From positions 1-21,266 of the IMG/VR virus record IMGVR_UViG_3300037510_000012: a stretch of DNA of 21,266 nt. The stretch is one strand, 5' to 3'. Below are positions 8,663 through 17,024 of this stretch, piece by piece (within the stretch, counting starts at the first letter, position 1; every line of letters starts with the position of its first letter). Origin of the DNA: a virus. Taxonomy: Duplodnaviria > Heunggongvirae > Uroviricota > Caudoviricetes. Below the pieces are notes generated by a model that did not search any database, was not told the DNA's origin, and saw only the letters and a list, made by a program, of their open reading frames with translations. Made by a program: the position numbers and the translations under genes.

Positions 8663-11600
8663 GTAGAATTCTCCTAAGAGACCTAGAGCCAGGCAGACTG
8701 TATCACATTCAAGCAAGAGCCACGAATGGTGAGCAGTCTTCTCAGTGGTCCCAGCTTTGGGACCTTCAGACAACTAGCGACATTATGCCACCAGCCGCAC
8801 CAACCAGTCTAACATGGACTGTTGAGGGTACGGCTTTTAAGGCTGTCTGGACAGGACCGACACTAAACCAGGATGGAACGCCTTTGATGGATTTCAAGGA
8901 TTTCCAGGTAAAGGTTTATTCTCCTGCTGCACCTTCTACGATTATTACGTACTATACAACAGCAGCTAGATTCGATTTCCCATTCGAGCTGAATGTAAAC
9001 TCATTCGGTACTCCACGTGCTCAGGTGAACATTGAAGTTCGCGCACGTGACAATACAGGTAATCTATCTTCTGCTGCTACAGCTTCCGCTACTAATCCGC
9101 CTCCTGCAAATGTGGCCGGGTTTACAGCAACAGGCATTACAGATGCAATTGCTCTTAAGTGGACAGCAAATACAGATTCAGACCTAAAGTATTACCTCGT
9201 TTATCAGGGTACAGCATCAGGTTCAGAAACGAATCTTGTTTACACAGGACTCGCTACAACATTCGTATACAATACCCTGTCAACGAATCCACAATACTTC
9301 AAGATTTTCGCGGTTGACGTATTCAATTCACAGTCAGCAACAGGCGCAACCGCCAACGCAACCGCGAAAAGTTCTCTTGGTGTAGATACAACGCCACCAG
9401 CAGTTCCGTCAAATGTTCAGGTTACATCTAGCTTGCACAGCACTGACCCAACGGGAGGTACGGCGTTTATTGACGTGTCTTGGAATGCAGTAGCAGACAC
9501 CGACTTGCAGAACTACGTTATTCGCTATTCTTCAAGTTCAACGACGACTTCTTGGCAGTACCTAGAGATTCCTGAAGGAACCCTTGAGGGTAGAATTCAC
9601 AATCTCAGAGCAAACACAGCCTATTACGTTGGTGTAGCTGCTCAGGACTTCCAGGGTAACATGAGTGCATTTGCTAATGCAGGAACTTACCCAATTACGA
9701 CTCCAAAGGACACTACTGCACCTGCCGCTCCAAGCGGAGTAACAGTTGGCGCGGGTGTCACCACAATGACTGTTTACTGGAATGAGAATTCAGAAACAGA
9801 CGTTAAGGGTGGAATCGGGTATTACGAAGTTCAGATTGACACTGCAAATACATTCAATACAGGTAACCTTATTACCAAGCAGGTTAGTGCGACAATTACG
9901 TCATTCTCTAACCTGACTTCAAACACGACCTATTACACAAGGGTTCGTGCAATTGATGCTTCTGGTAACGCAGGTTCATATTCGTCAATTGTATCTGGAA
10001 CACCACGTTATGTAGCCAACTCTGATATTCAGGCTGGTACAATTAACGGTGACAGAATTACCGCAGCAACAATTAATGGTGACCGAATGATTGCAAACAC
10101 CCTTGATGCAAATGTCATCAAGGCTAACACGACATTCTCTCAGAACCTAAACGTTGGTGCGACCTTCACCATGGCCACCAGCGGTATTATGAAGAGCAGC
10201 AATTATTCGGCGGGTTCCGCTGGATGGCAGCTAACTAACACTACCCTAGAAATTAACCAGGGTACCATCAAGGCTGCTGCTCTACAGCTTCAGGACAGTC
10301 AGAATGTCATGCATCCTGCATACGCTGACTTTGAATACGTTTCATCATGGTACACCGGAAAGATTACAAGTTCTAGCCCTTCTGGAACAATCGCATGGTC
10401 TATCGTAAACACGTCAGAAATCACTCCAAAGTATGGTACTCAGTGCTTGAAGCTGACACGTACTGGAGGAACTGTCGGAGACGATTCAGATTTCTGGCTT
10501 AGCCCTTCATTCTCAACAGCTTACAATGTAAGCCTGGAGGCTGGACTCACTTACATTATGTCTGTATGGCTATACAATCCATCAGGCAACGGTACAAAGA
10601 ACGTTCAGTTGAAGATTCGTACCAATGATGGAACATATCGTTCATTCACTGCAATGATGCCAGTAACCGACAATGGTGCATGGACAAGGTATTCAGGAGC
10701 ACTAAATGTTGGAACGAATACCGCAGGTACTCTGGCTATCTCTTATGAGAATGACGGTACACTATATGTTGATGGTGTTCAGCTTGAAATCCAGATGGCT
10801 GGTTCAGGAACACCTTCCCCATGGCGTCCACCTAGCCAGACAAGCATTGATGGTGGAATCATTCGCACAGGACAGATTCAGTCTACAGCTTCAGCTAATG
10901 GTCTTTCAGGGCAGCCAGCATGGTCAATTAACATGGCTGGTAATGCCCAGTTTGGTGATGCCCTGATTCGTGGTCGTCTTGTTGTTGGTGACCCAAATAA
11001 CCCATCTGCTGATGGTGCTAACTCAAAGATTCAGTCTGCGAATTACGCGGCGGGTTCTACTGGATGGATTATTCGTAATGATGGATATGCAGAATTCCGT
11101 CAGATTGCAGTTAACTCAATCAAGGTTACGGCATTCGACTCTCCATTCCAGCAGTCATCAAACGCTAAGTTGTTCGACTACATGCAGGATGCAACTCTAT
11201 GGCTTACTTCTGGTTCTGTTACTCAGAAGACTGACCCTGGTGCGTATTCTGCCGAATCTCTATTTGAATTCACCGGTCCTGGATTGGTATTCAGAAATGG
11301 TGCGGGTGTTAAGCCTATTGCTTATGACCCTACTATTCTATACCGCGTTTCAGCACGTGTTCGTACATTCTCTGTTGGTACTCTAAACAGCAACGGAACA
11401 TTTGAGGCTGGTGATACAACTGGATGGACAGTAGACGCAACAAACGGTGCGACAATTTCATCAAGCACGGATTATGCAAACACTGGTACCCGCTCTATGA
11501 AGATGGTTTCTGGAGCATCTACTGGTGCATCTTATCGTGCCTGGACAAACGTACTTGTAACTCCAGGATACAATTACACAATTAACTTCAAGCTAAAGGC

Positions 11601-14600
11601 TATGATTCAGGCGGCATACTACAATGCGTCTAATTCAGGAAATGTTGAAGTTCGTGTAACATGGTTCAATGCATCTGGATACATGGATGAGTCAATTCAG
11701 CTTATTTCACCACCTGTAGATTCTAGTGGTGTAATGCTAACGGCACCTACTGCATTCTATTCTGTTGGTGCAACATTTACTGCGCCTGCTGGAGCTACGA
11801 ATGCAAACTTCATCATCCGTCTTGCACGTTACGACAATGTAACTTCAGGAACCACAATTGGTTACATTGATGATGTTACTGTTACCACACCACCAAGAAT
11901 TAAGGTTGGTCTGTTCGGTATGGATAACGCTAACAATATCGTTGACTATGACTTTGTTGATGCTGCAACAACGCCAACAAAGCGCAGGACCATGCCAACC
12001 GACTACAGCCTTCTTTCTTCATATGCTTCAAATCAGTACATGCTTGTTGCTGACAATATTGAAGTACCAATTGCTACTGGTGATTCAAGTACGACCGCTG
12101 ACTGGATTACCCTTACAGGTTACATCAAGGGTCGTGGTGGTTCTGGTGCGACTGGTAAGTTTGGTAAGCAGGGAATGTTCCTTGATGAATACAACCCTTC
12201 ATCATTCAACCAGGAAATTCGCTATATGGTCCCTTACGTTCAGTTCGATACTGCGGCGGGTTCTGTTGCTCAGATTGACCAGTTCTCTATTGAAGCATAT
12301 GAATCTGGTGCTGTATCAAAGATTGATACTACTGGAACTTCAGATAGTGTAAAGTCTGTATCGATTGAGAACATTCAGGACGGTACAGAGTTTGACCATG
12401 CTGTCAGATTCTACACTGGAGAGATTGACGAAAAGAAGCCGGGTCTAATTGGTCATATCACAGATGGTGATAACAATGATGCCGCTCATCTTCGTATCGT
12501 TCCGCCACTTCTCAACAGCTTGAGTGATTACAATGCCGGACCATACATTGGTATTTGGGACCAGAATCCTAACTATCTATATGATGCCTCATTCCAGACT
12601 GGTATTTCTGGTTGGACGGGAATGGCCAACACCACCCTATCTTGGAATACAACTGTGGGTCGTGAAGATACATCATGTCTACAGATTACTGCGACTGGAA
12701 CAATTTCCAGCCCTTCAACCACAGAGCTTCTAGGAAAGTATCAGGTATCTGTTCTTGGAAATCAGGAGCTTGTTGGACAGCAGATTACCGTTTCTGGATA
12801 TGCTCAAATGGGAACAGCTACGGGTAGGAATGTTCGTCTAGTTGTTAAGTTCCTTGATGAGTCGGGTGCCATGATTACTGGCTATTACACAGAAAAGGCA
12901 ATCACAAATACTGGATGGACTTACTACGCATTCGTAACTCCTATTGTTGTCCCTGATACATGTTACACAATTGAATTCTCATTCTCTTGGTTCAATGGTG
13001 CAACTGGAGATATCGTATATGTTGAGGATGTTCAGCTTGAGGCAAACAATCAGAAGACTGATTTCCGCTCTGCATCTGCAAGTAAGATTGAGCTGAATTC
13101 TGAAGTTGTGCGCGTTCGTGGTGGAATTATTTCCGCTGACACCGACTTTGTTCTTCCTTCTGGTGCTCAAGGAGCTGCTGGAAAGCCGGATGCGCCTTAC
13201 TACAAGGGACTCTATGCTCAGTCTGGTGCAGGTACAGCAGCTTGGAGACTAATTGACTACACAGATTCAAGTGGTCAGCGTGCCTCTGCTTGGATGACAT
13301 TCTGGGGACCTGATGGAACAGAACAGCAGTCAGTTAGACTTTATGGTATGAATGATGCGTCATTCCCTGGTAGAACTGCAATTACTGGACCTGATGGTGC
13401 ATTTGCGCTATCAACTACGCCAAATCCTGACCCATCAATTACAACATATGATACTCGTGTTTACGGAAACCTAATTGTTGATGGTGACATGGTTTGGACT
13501 CGACCAACGCTTTCCAATATCACTGAATTCGATGATAACCGTGCTATTGCTTATGCAAAGAATAATGGTAGAGTTTATCTTCGTGGAGCTGGTTCAGGTC
13601 TAGGAGCTAACGGAAGTACATTCTTTACGCTTCCTTCTGGATACAGGCCACCAAGCAACTACTATGTTACTGCTACTGGATGGAATGGTACAACTACTTC
13701 TGGTGTAATGACATTGCAGATTACATCTGGTGGAGCCGTGCTTCTATATGCTGGTAATCCAATGAATAACATTTCATTTGACCAGATTTCATTCCCATAC
13801 AAGGCTGTTACAACAGTTGCTACTCCTGGTACTGACACAACAGCACCTAGTGCACCAACTGGATTCACAATTTCTGCGGTATCATCTGGTACGTCAACGG
13901 GTTCTTACAAGCTTGCTTGGACTAACCCTAGTGCATCAGATACGGCCGGTGTCAAGATTATTTGGCGTTCTGACCGTTACCCAACAGTAACAATTGCGGG
14001 TTCTGGTGTGAAGACCTTGACAACAGATGGTACAGTTATCAACGTAACTGGAACGGCATCACAGGCTAAGTCATATACACACTCTGGATTGCCAGTAAAC
14101 AAGACAATCTACTACCGAGTTGTTTCATATGACAGCACGGGTAACCATTCAACATACGTTAGCGCATCGCGTTATCTGTTGGCAAGTCCTGTTACCATTA
14201 CTGCCAATTCATCAGGTTCATACCGCCTTGGATATGGTGGTATGTGGCGTAATGATGGTGACGAGGTTTACCAGGGTGACTGGTCTGGAAATGACAACCA
14301 CAGAGGTCTGTACTTCTATGGAACACTCATCTACGACAAGTTGGCCACGGGTGGTGTTGTACGTACTCCAACCAAGATGACGGTTTATCTAAAGCGTTTG
14401 AATACCTCGCACGGTAACAACACCGGGGTTGGTATTAATCTACGCGGACACGTTTACCAGACCAAGCCATCGGGTGACCCTGTTGGTGGTATGACAAACG
14501 AGGGAAGCGATGGAGACAACATTGTTTATCTATCAAGAGGAGAGGCTGCTACTGTAACAATTCCTTCTTCATGGTACAATAACTTTGTAGATGCAAACAC

Positions 14601-14718
14601 GACCAACCGTCTTGAAGGTCTCGGTGTCTATGGTAGCTCAACGTCTGACTACGCCATTATGTATGGTAGAAGCGACAGCAGCTCTTACGGAAAGATTACG
14701 ATTTACCACAAGGGTTGA
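8659..14718 (+). CDS. Large tail fibre / receptor-binding protein with multiple FN3 and CBM4/9-like domains, 2019 aa
   Basis: N-terminal FN3 repeats (PAAP...WT, DTTPPAVP...VSW, DTTAPAAP...VYW...TYYTRVRAID). Tail-tip motifs SSNYSAGSAGW and SANYAAGSTGWIIRNDGYAEF. CBM-like modules at ~10303-10833, 11167-12303 (nested) and 12565-13068 ending in VDGVQLE/IDDVTV/VEDVQLE. RBP-head-like GRVYLRG...FTLPSGYRP at ~13531-13797, then a further FN3 and a C-terminal domain. Confidence 0.88.
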   Translation: MSRILLRDLEPGRLYHIQARATNGEQSSQWSQLWDLQTTSDIMPPAAPTSLTWTVEGTAFKAVWTGPTLNQDGTPLMDFKDFQVKVYSPAAPSTIITYYTTAARFDFPFELNVNSFGTPRAQVNIEVRARDNTGNLSSAATASATNPPPANVAGFTATGITDAIALKWTANTDSDLKYYLVYQGTASGSETNLVYTGLATTFVYNTLSTNPQYFKIFAVDVFNSQSATGATANATAKSSLGVDTTPPAVPSNVQVTSSLHSTDPTGGTAFIDVSWNAVADTDLQNYVIRYSSSSTTTSWQYLEIPEGTLEGRIHNLRANTAYYVGVAAQDFQGNMSAFANAGTYPITTPKDTTAPAAPSGVTVGAGVTTMTVYWNENSETDVKGGIGYYEVQIDTANTFNTGNLITKQVSATITSFSNLTSNTTYYTRVRAIDASGNAGSYSSIVSGTPRYVANSDIQAGTINGDRITAATINGDRMIANTLDANVIKANTTFSQNLNVGATFTMATSGIMKSSNYSAGSAGWQLTNTTLEINQGTIKAAALQLQDSQNVMHPAYADFEYVSSWYTGKITSSSPSGTIAWSIVNTSEITPKYGTQCLKLTRTGGTVGDDSDFWLSPSFSTAYNVSLEAGLTYIMSVWLYNPSGNGTKNVQLKIRTNDGTYRSFTAMMPVTDNGAWTRYSGALNVGTNTAGTLAISYENDGTLYVDGVQLEIQMAGSGTPSPWRPPSQTSIDGGIIRTGQIQSTASANGLSGQPAWSINMAGNAQFGDALIRGRLVVGDPNNPSADGANSKIQSANYAAGSTGWIIRNDGYAEFRQIAVNSIKVTAFDSPFQQSSNAKLFDYMQDATLWLTSGSVTQKTDPGAYSAESLFEFTGPGLVFRNGAGVKPIAYDPTILYRVSARVRTFSVGTLNSNGTFEAGDTTGWTVDATNGATISSSTDYANTGTRSMKMVSGASTGASYRAWTNVLVTPGYNYTINFKLKAMIQAAYYNASNSGNVEVRVTWFNASGYMDESIQLISPPVDSSGVMLTAPTAFYSVGATFTAPAGATNANFIIRLARYDNVTSGTTIGYIDDVTVTTPPRIKVGLFGMDNANNIVDYDFVDAATTPTKRRTMPTDYSLLSSYASNQYMLVADNIEVPIATGDSSTTADWITLTGYIKGRGGSGATGKFGKQGMFLDEYNPSSFNQEIRYMVPYVQFDTAAGSVAQIDQFSIEAYESGAVSKIDTTGTSDSVKSVSIENIQDGTEFDHAVRFYTGEIDEKKPGLIGHITDGDNNDAAHLRIVPPLLNSLSDYNAGPYIGIWDQNPNYLYDASFQTGISGWTGMANTTLSWNTTVGREDTSCLQITATGTISSPSTTELLGKYQVSVLGNQELVGQQITVSGYAQMGTATGRNVRLVVKFLDESGAMITGYYTEKAITNTGWTYYAFVTPIVVPDTCYTIEFSFSWFNGATGDIVYVEDVQLEANNQKTDFRSASASKIELNSEVVRVRGGIISADTDFVLPSGAQGAAGKPDAPYYKGLYAQSGAGTAAWRLIDYTDSSGQRASAWMTFWGPDGTEQQSVRLYGMNDASFPGRTAITGPDGAFALSTTPNPDPSITTYDTRVYGNLIVDGDMVWTRPTLSNITEFDDNRAIAYAKNNGRVYLRGAGSGLGANGSTFFTLPSGYRPPSNYYVTATGWNGTTTSGVMTLQITSGGAVLLYAGNPMNNISFDQISFPYKAVTTVATPGTDTTAPSAPTGFTISAVSSGTSTGSYKLAWTNPSASDTAGVKIIWRSDRYPTVTIAGSGVKTLTTDGTVINVTGTASQAKSYTHSGLPVNKTIYYRVVSYDSTGNHSTYVSASRYLLASPVTITANSSGSYRLGYGGMWRNDGDEVYQGDWSGNDNHRGLYFYGTLIYDKLATGGVVRTPTKMTVYLKRLNTSHGNNTGVGINLRGHVYQTKPSGDPVGGMTNEGSDGDNIVYLSRGEAATVTIPSSWYNNFVDANTTNRLEGLGVYGSSTSDYAIMYGRSDSSSYGKITIYHKG
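10033..10122 (+). repeat. Three 10-aa tandem units in the fibre shaft
   Basis: AGTINGDRIT / AATINGDRMI / ANTLDANVIK. The first two units are also similar at DNA level (acaattaacggtgacagaat vs acaattaatggtgaccgaat). Confidence 0.75.
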
Positions 14719-14745
14719 CAAGCACCCATCGGGTATGCTTATAAT
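14715..14745 (+). promoter_or_regulatory. Sigma70-like promoter with a 19-bp spacer containing a dyad
   Basis: TTGACA (14715-14720, overlapping the fibre TGA stop), 19-bp spacer, TATAAT (14740-14745). Inverted repeat AAGCACCC-atc-GGGT(at)GCTT at 14720-14740. Confidence 0.7.
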
Positions 14746-14776
14746 ATTTAAAGAGAGAAAAGAAAGAAAATAAATT

Positions 14777-15013
14777 ATGGATAACAATAAGAGACTAGAA
14801 CTAACTATTACTGCTCTTAAGCAGAGTCTAGCAAACAAGGTAGCTGATTATGAAGAGCAGCTAGCCACGATTAGAGCCGAGGCTTCCCTTTTGCTAGAGG
14901 ACCAGGGTAACAGAATCTCTGAGCTTGAGCAGCAGAATCGAGACCTTCAGCAGAAGCTCGATGACTTTGGTGTAAAGGATACTGAAAACGAAGATGTGGC
15001 CGTTTCGTCGTAA
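14777..15013 (+). CDS. Hypothetical coiled-coil protein, 78 aa
   Basis: ATG after the promoter and an A-rich leader. Heptad-like L/I/E/Q pattern and phage-like codon usage. Confidence 0.75.
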   Translation: MDNNKRLELTITALKQSLANKVADYEEQLATIRAEASLLLEDQGNRISELEQQNRDLQQKLDDFGVKDTENEDVAVSS

Positions 15014-15398
15014 GACGCCAGAACTGCACATCCCTACGGAAAAGACGGATTACCCATACGGCCTCTTCATTGTAACAGAGGCCGGGTATTTCCTCATCAG
15101 GGATGGCTACCGCGTTGGCGTAAAGTCTGATAGAGTGGTTTGTTCCTGGAACACACGGGTGTGCTTGTCGAGTGAGTCAGCAGTGGCTCACATTCCGGTA
15201 AGTGGCTACATCGGTTTCAGGGATGGTACACTGATTCGTAATCAGGCTGACAAGAAGGATTACCTGATTTCTCGCGGGTTGAAGAGACACATTGTCTCCC
15301 CAGACGTATTCGAGAAGTACGGGCTTGATAGAAAGAGCATCATTGTAGTCTCAGATGAAGAGACTAATTTTCACAGTGATGGGGAGGTGTTGAGTTAA
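14994..15398 (+). CDS. Hypothetical two-repeat protein, 134 aa
   Basis: ATG at 14994 overlapping the upstream ORF by 20 nt. Two similar ~55-aa units (GLFIV...YFLIRDGYRV...SG and GTLIR...YLISRGLKRHI...DG). Confidence 0.7.
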   Translation: MWPFRRKTPELHIPTEKTDYPYGLFIVTEAGYFLIRDGYRVGVKSDRVVCSWNTRVCLSSESAVAHIPVSGYIGFRDGTLIRNQADKKDYLISRGLKRHIVSPDVFEKYGLDRKSIIVVSDEETNFHSDGEVLS

Positions 15399-15839
15399 TT
15401 GGCCGTTTCAGCATTTAAGGATGTTAATTGGGCTCCAAATGAATATCTAGCAACTGATAAGTTGAATACGATGGTATCCAATACACGATACCTCTTTGAG
15501 AGAGCGCCTAAGCTGTACTACAATTCGTATTCAATTAAGAAGGATACTGGATTGCGAATTGCATGTGGTACTACGACAATTGCACCAAGCAAGGCGCATT
15601 ACTATAAGAAGACTGTGAATTTCGGAAGTTTCTTTACTTCTGGTTCAAAGCCAGTAATTGTAACTAGTGTAACTTCTCCATATAATAGGCGAATCATTCT
15701 TTCGCATTATGGAATTCAGGGAGAGGGATACGTACCAGACCACAGAGGGTTTATCGTGGTTGGTGCAACAGCTACTCTTGAGAAGTCGCATTATTTGTCT
15801 AAGCAGATTTACATTAACTGGATTGCAATGGGATATTAA
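15399..15839 (+). CDS. Minor tail / short fibre-like protein with a lectin-like C-terminus, 146 aa
   Basis: TTG start with GGAGGT at 15383-15388. N-terminal W...KLNTMVSN anchor-like motif, and VNFGSFF...PVIVTS...INWIAMGY terminus typical of small phage fibre/lectin-like tip domains. Confidence 0.65.
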   Translation: MAVSAFKDVNWAPNEYLATDKLNTMVSNTRYLFERAPKLYYNSYSIKKDTGLRIACGTTTIAPSKAHYYKKTVNFGSFFTSGSKPVIVTSVTSPYNRRIILSHYGIQGEGYVPDHRGFIVVGATATLEKSHYLSKQIYINWIAMGY

Positions 15840-15858
15840 TTTGGAAGGAGGCGTGTCT

Positions 15859-16140
15859 ATGAAGTACACTCCACTACAGAAGTGGCATAGACGCGACCGC
15901 TCCCTAAATTCCAACGGGTACGTTTTGGTATGGGTACCGGAACATCCAAAGAGTTTTTCGGGCGGGTGGTATTACGAGCACAGACTTGCAGCAGAAAGGA
16001 GCATTGGAAGAATCCTGAAATCATGGGAGACAGTGCACCATATTTCTGGCGACAAGACAGATAACTCATGGTACAATCTGTTCGTATGCACGAGGAAAGA
16101 ACATGACCGGGCTGACCGGTTGACACTTCAACCTGCATGA
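15859..16140 (+). CDS. Free-standing HNH endonuclease (HNH_3-like), 93 aa
   Basis: AAGGAGG at 15845-15851 places the start at ATG 15859, not 15709 (which overlaps the upstream gene). Motif YEHRLAAE...IGR...ETVHHISGDKTDNSWYNL...KEH. Confidence 0.85.
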   Translation: MKYTPLQKWHRRDRSLNSNGYVLVWVPEHPKSFSGGWYYEHRLAAERSIGRILKSWETVHHISGDKTDNSWYNLFVCTRKEHDRADRLTLQPA

Positions 16141-16148
16141 GTTAGAGT
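16120..16148 (+). promoter_or_regulatory. HrdB-like promoter for the phosphoesterase gene
   Basis: TTGACA (16120-16125), 17-bp spacer, TAGAGT (16143-16148, matching the Streptomyces TAGART consensus). The -35 box lies inside the HNH 3' end and inside the dyad GGTTGA-cact-TCAACC (16118-16133). Confidence 0.75.
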
Positions 16149-16164
16149 ATAGATAGTTGTTCAC

Positions 16165-16188
16165 GAGGACCGGGGAAACCTGGTCCTC
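16165..16188 (+). terminator. Stable GNRA-capped hairpin (terminator, attenuator or 5' stabiliser)
   Basis: GAGGACCGGG-GAAA-CCTGGTCCTC forms a 10-bp stem with one G-U pair. It is followed only by a weak CCTCTTT tract, so terminator function is uncertain. Confidence 0.5.
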
Positions 16189-16208
16189 CCTCTTTGATAG
16201 GAGAATAT

Positions 16209-17024
16209 ATGAAGTGGGCTTTTGTAGGCGACCTACAGATTCCATATCACGATAAGCGAGCGGTAGACCTTTTCTTCAAGGCTATGAAATGGTGGAAGCC
16301 AGACGCGATGGACTTTCTAGGTGACATTGATGACCAATTGGAGTACAGTAGGTTTTCAGATGGAACGACAGATGAGTTCTTCAGTCAGCTAAAGAAGGAA
16401 AAGAAGATTGATGAAGAGACCGACGAGCAGTTTCGTGGCCGGGTATCTCCACTTCCGTTCGTAAAGAAGAATGCAGAAGGCGCAAGAGAGCTTTACACTT
16501 TTGCCAGGAATCAGCATAAGGATGCTGACATGCACGCTAGCCTGGGTAATCACGATATCCGTGCAAAGGGATATATGGATAAGAAGTTTCCCGAGTACGT
16601 TGATGAGGTGACGCCTAATATGCTGTGGAGTCTTGATGACCTCGGAATTGCCTGGCGTCCGTATGAACTTCCGCCAATCGAGAGATTCGGCGGGATTTAC
16701 GTTCATCACGGTAACACAACAACGACGACTGGTCTAGCCGTAAAGTCAGATATTGAGAATTACAACATCTCTCTGGCTCGTGGACATGACCATCGCGGCG
16801 GGGTAGTATATAAGTCTTACCCCATGACAGGGACCACACTGATTGGTCTAGGCACCGGTCACCTATGTGACCCAAGTGCATACGGATTGAGGTACACTAC
16901 CAATCCGTCGTGGGAACTTGGATTTGGAATCGGCCATGTGGTCAATAACGTTCCTTTCCTTCAGTTTGTTCCCATCTCTCCCGACTACGTTTGCGTAGTT
17001 GATGGAAGAGTCTTCAAGGGCTGA
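16209..17024 (+). CDS. Calcineurin-like metallophosphoesterase, 271 aa
   Basis: AGGAG at 16199-16203 supports ATG 16209 rather than TTG 16194. Motifs are GDLQ (I), GDIDD (II), GNHD (III), HHG (IV) and GHDH (V). Confidence 0.88.
   Translation: MKWAFVGDLQIPYHDKRAVDLFFKAMKWWKPDAMDFLGDIDDQLEYSRFSDGTTDEFFSQLKKEKKIDEETDEQFRGRVSPLPFVKKNAEGARELYTFARNQHKDADMHASLGNHDIRAKGYMDKKFPEYVDEVTPNMLWSLDDLGIAWRPYELPPIERFGGIYVHHGNTTTTTGLAVKSDIENYNISLARGHDHRGGVVYKSYPMTGTTLIGLGTGHLCDPSAYGLRYTTNPSWELGFGIGHVVNNVPFLQFVPISPDYVCVVDGRVFKG

Noticed and set aside
10198-11070. Repeated NY(S/A)AGS(A/T)GW segments at ~10198-10230 and ~11038-11070 as shufflon or invertase crossover sites
   Set aside because: They are direct and degenerate at synonymous positions, match a common tail-tip protein motif, and no recombinase is in the window.
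410-14380. Short alternative-frame + strand ORFs inside the TMP, hub and fibre genes (e.g. 10970-11386, 11858-12352, 6005-6355)
   Set aside because: They are Leu/Val-rich frame shadows produced by the host gene's codon bias, with no initiation signals.
13531-15839. Diversity-generating retroelement targeting the fibre tips
   Set aside because: No reverse transcriptase, and I saw no near-identical TR/VR pair differing at adenines.
15709-15858. Longer N-terminus for the HNH ORF
   Set aside because: It overlaps the upstream tail gene by 131 nt, whereas ATG 15859 has an ideal AAGGAGG.
16141-16200. tRNA or riboswitch in the HNH-phosphoesterase gap
   Set aside because: Only a single hairpin fits in about 50 nt, with no cloverleaf, T-loop or recognisable aptamer.
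16798-16804. Extra GCGGGT copy in the phosphoesterase gene
   Set aside because: The sequence is GCGGGGT (four G), so it was excluded from the count.
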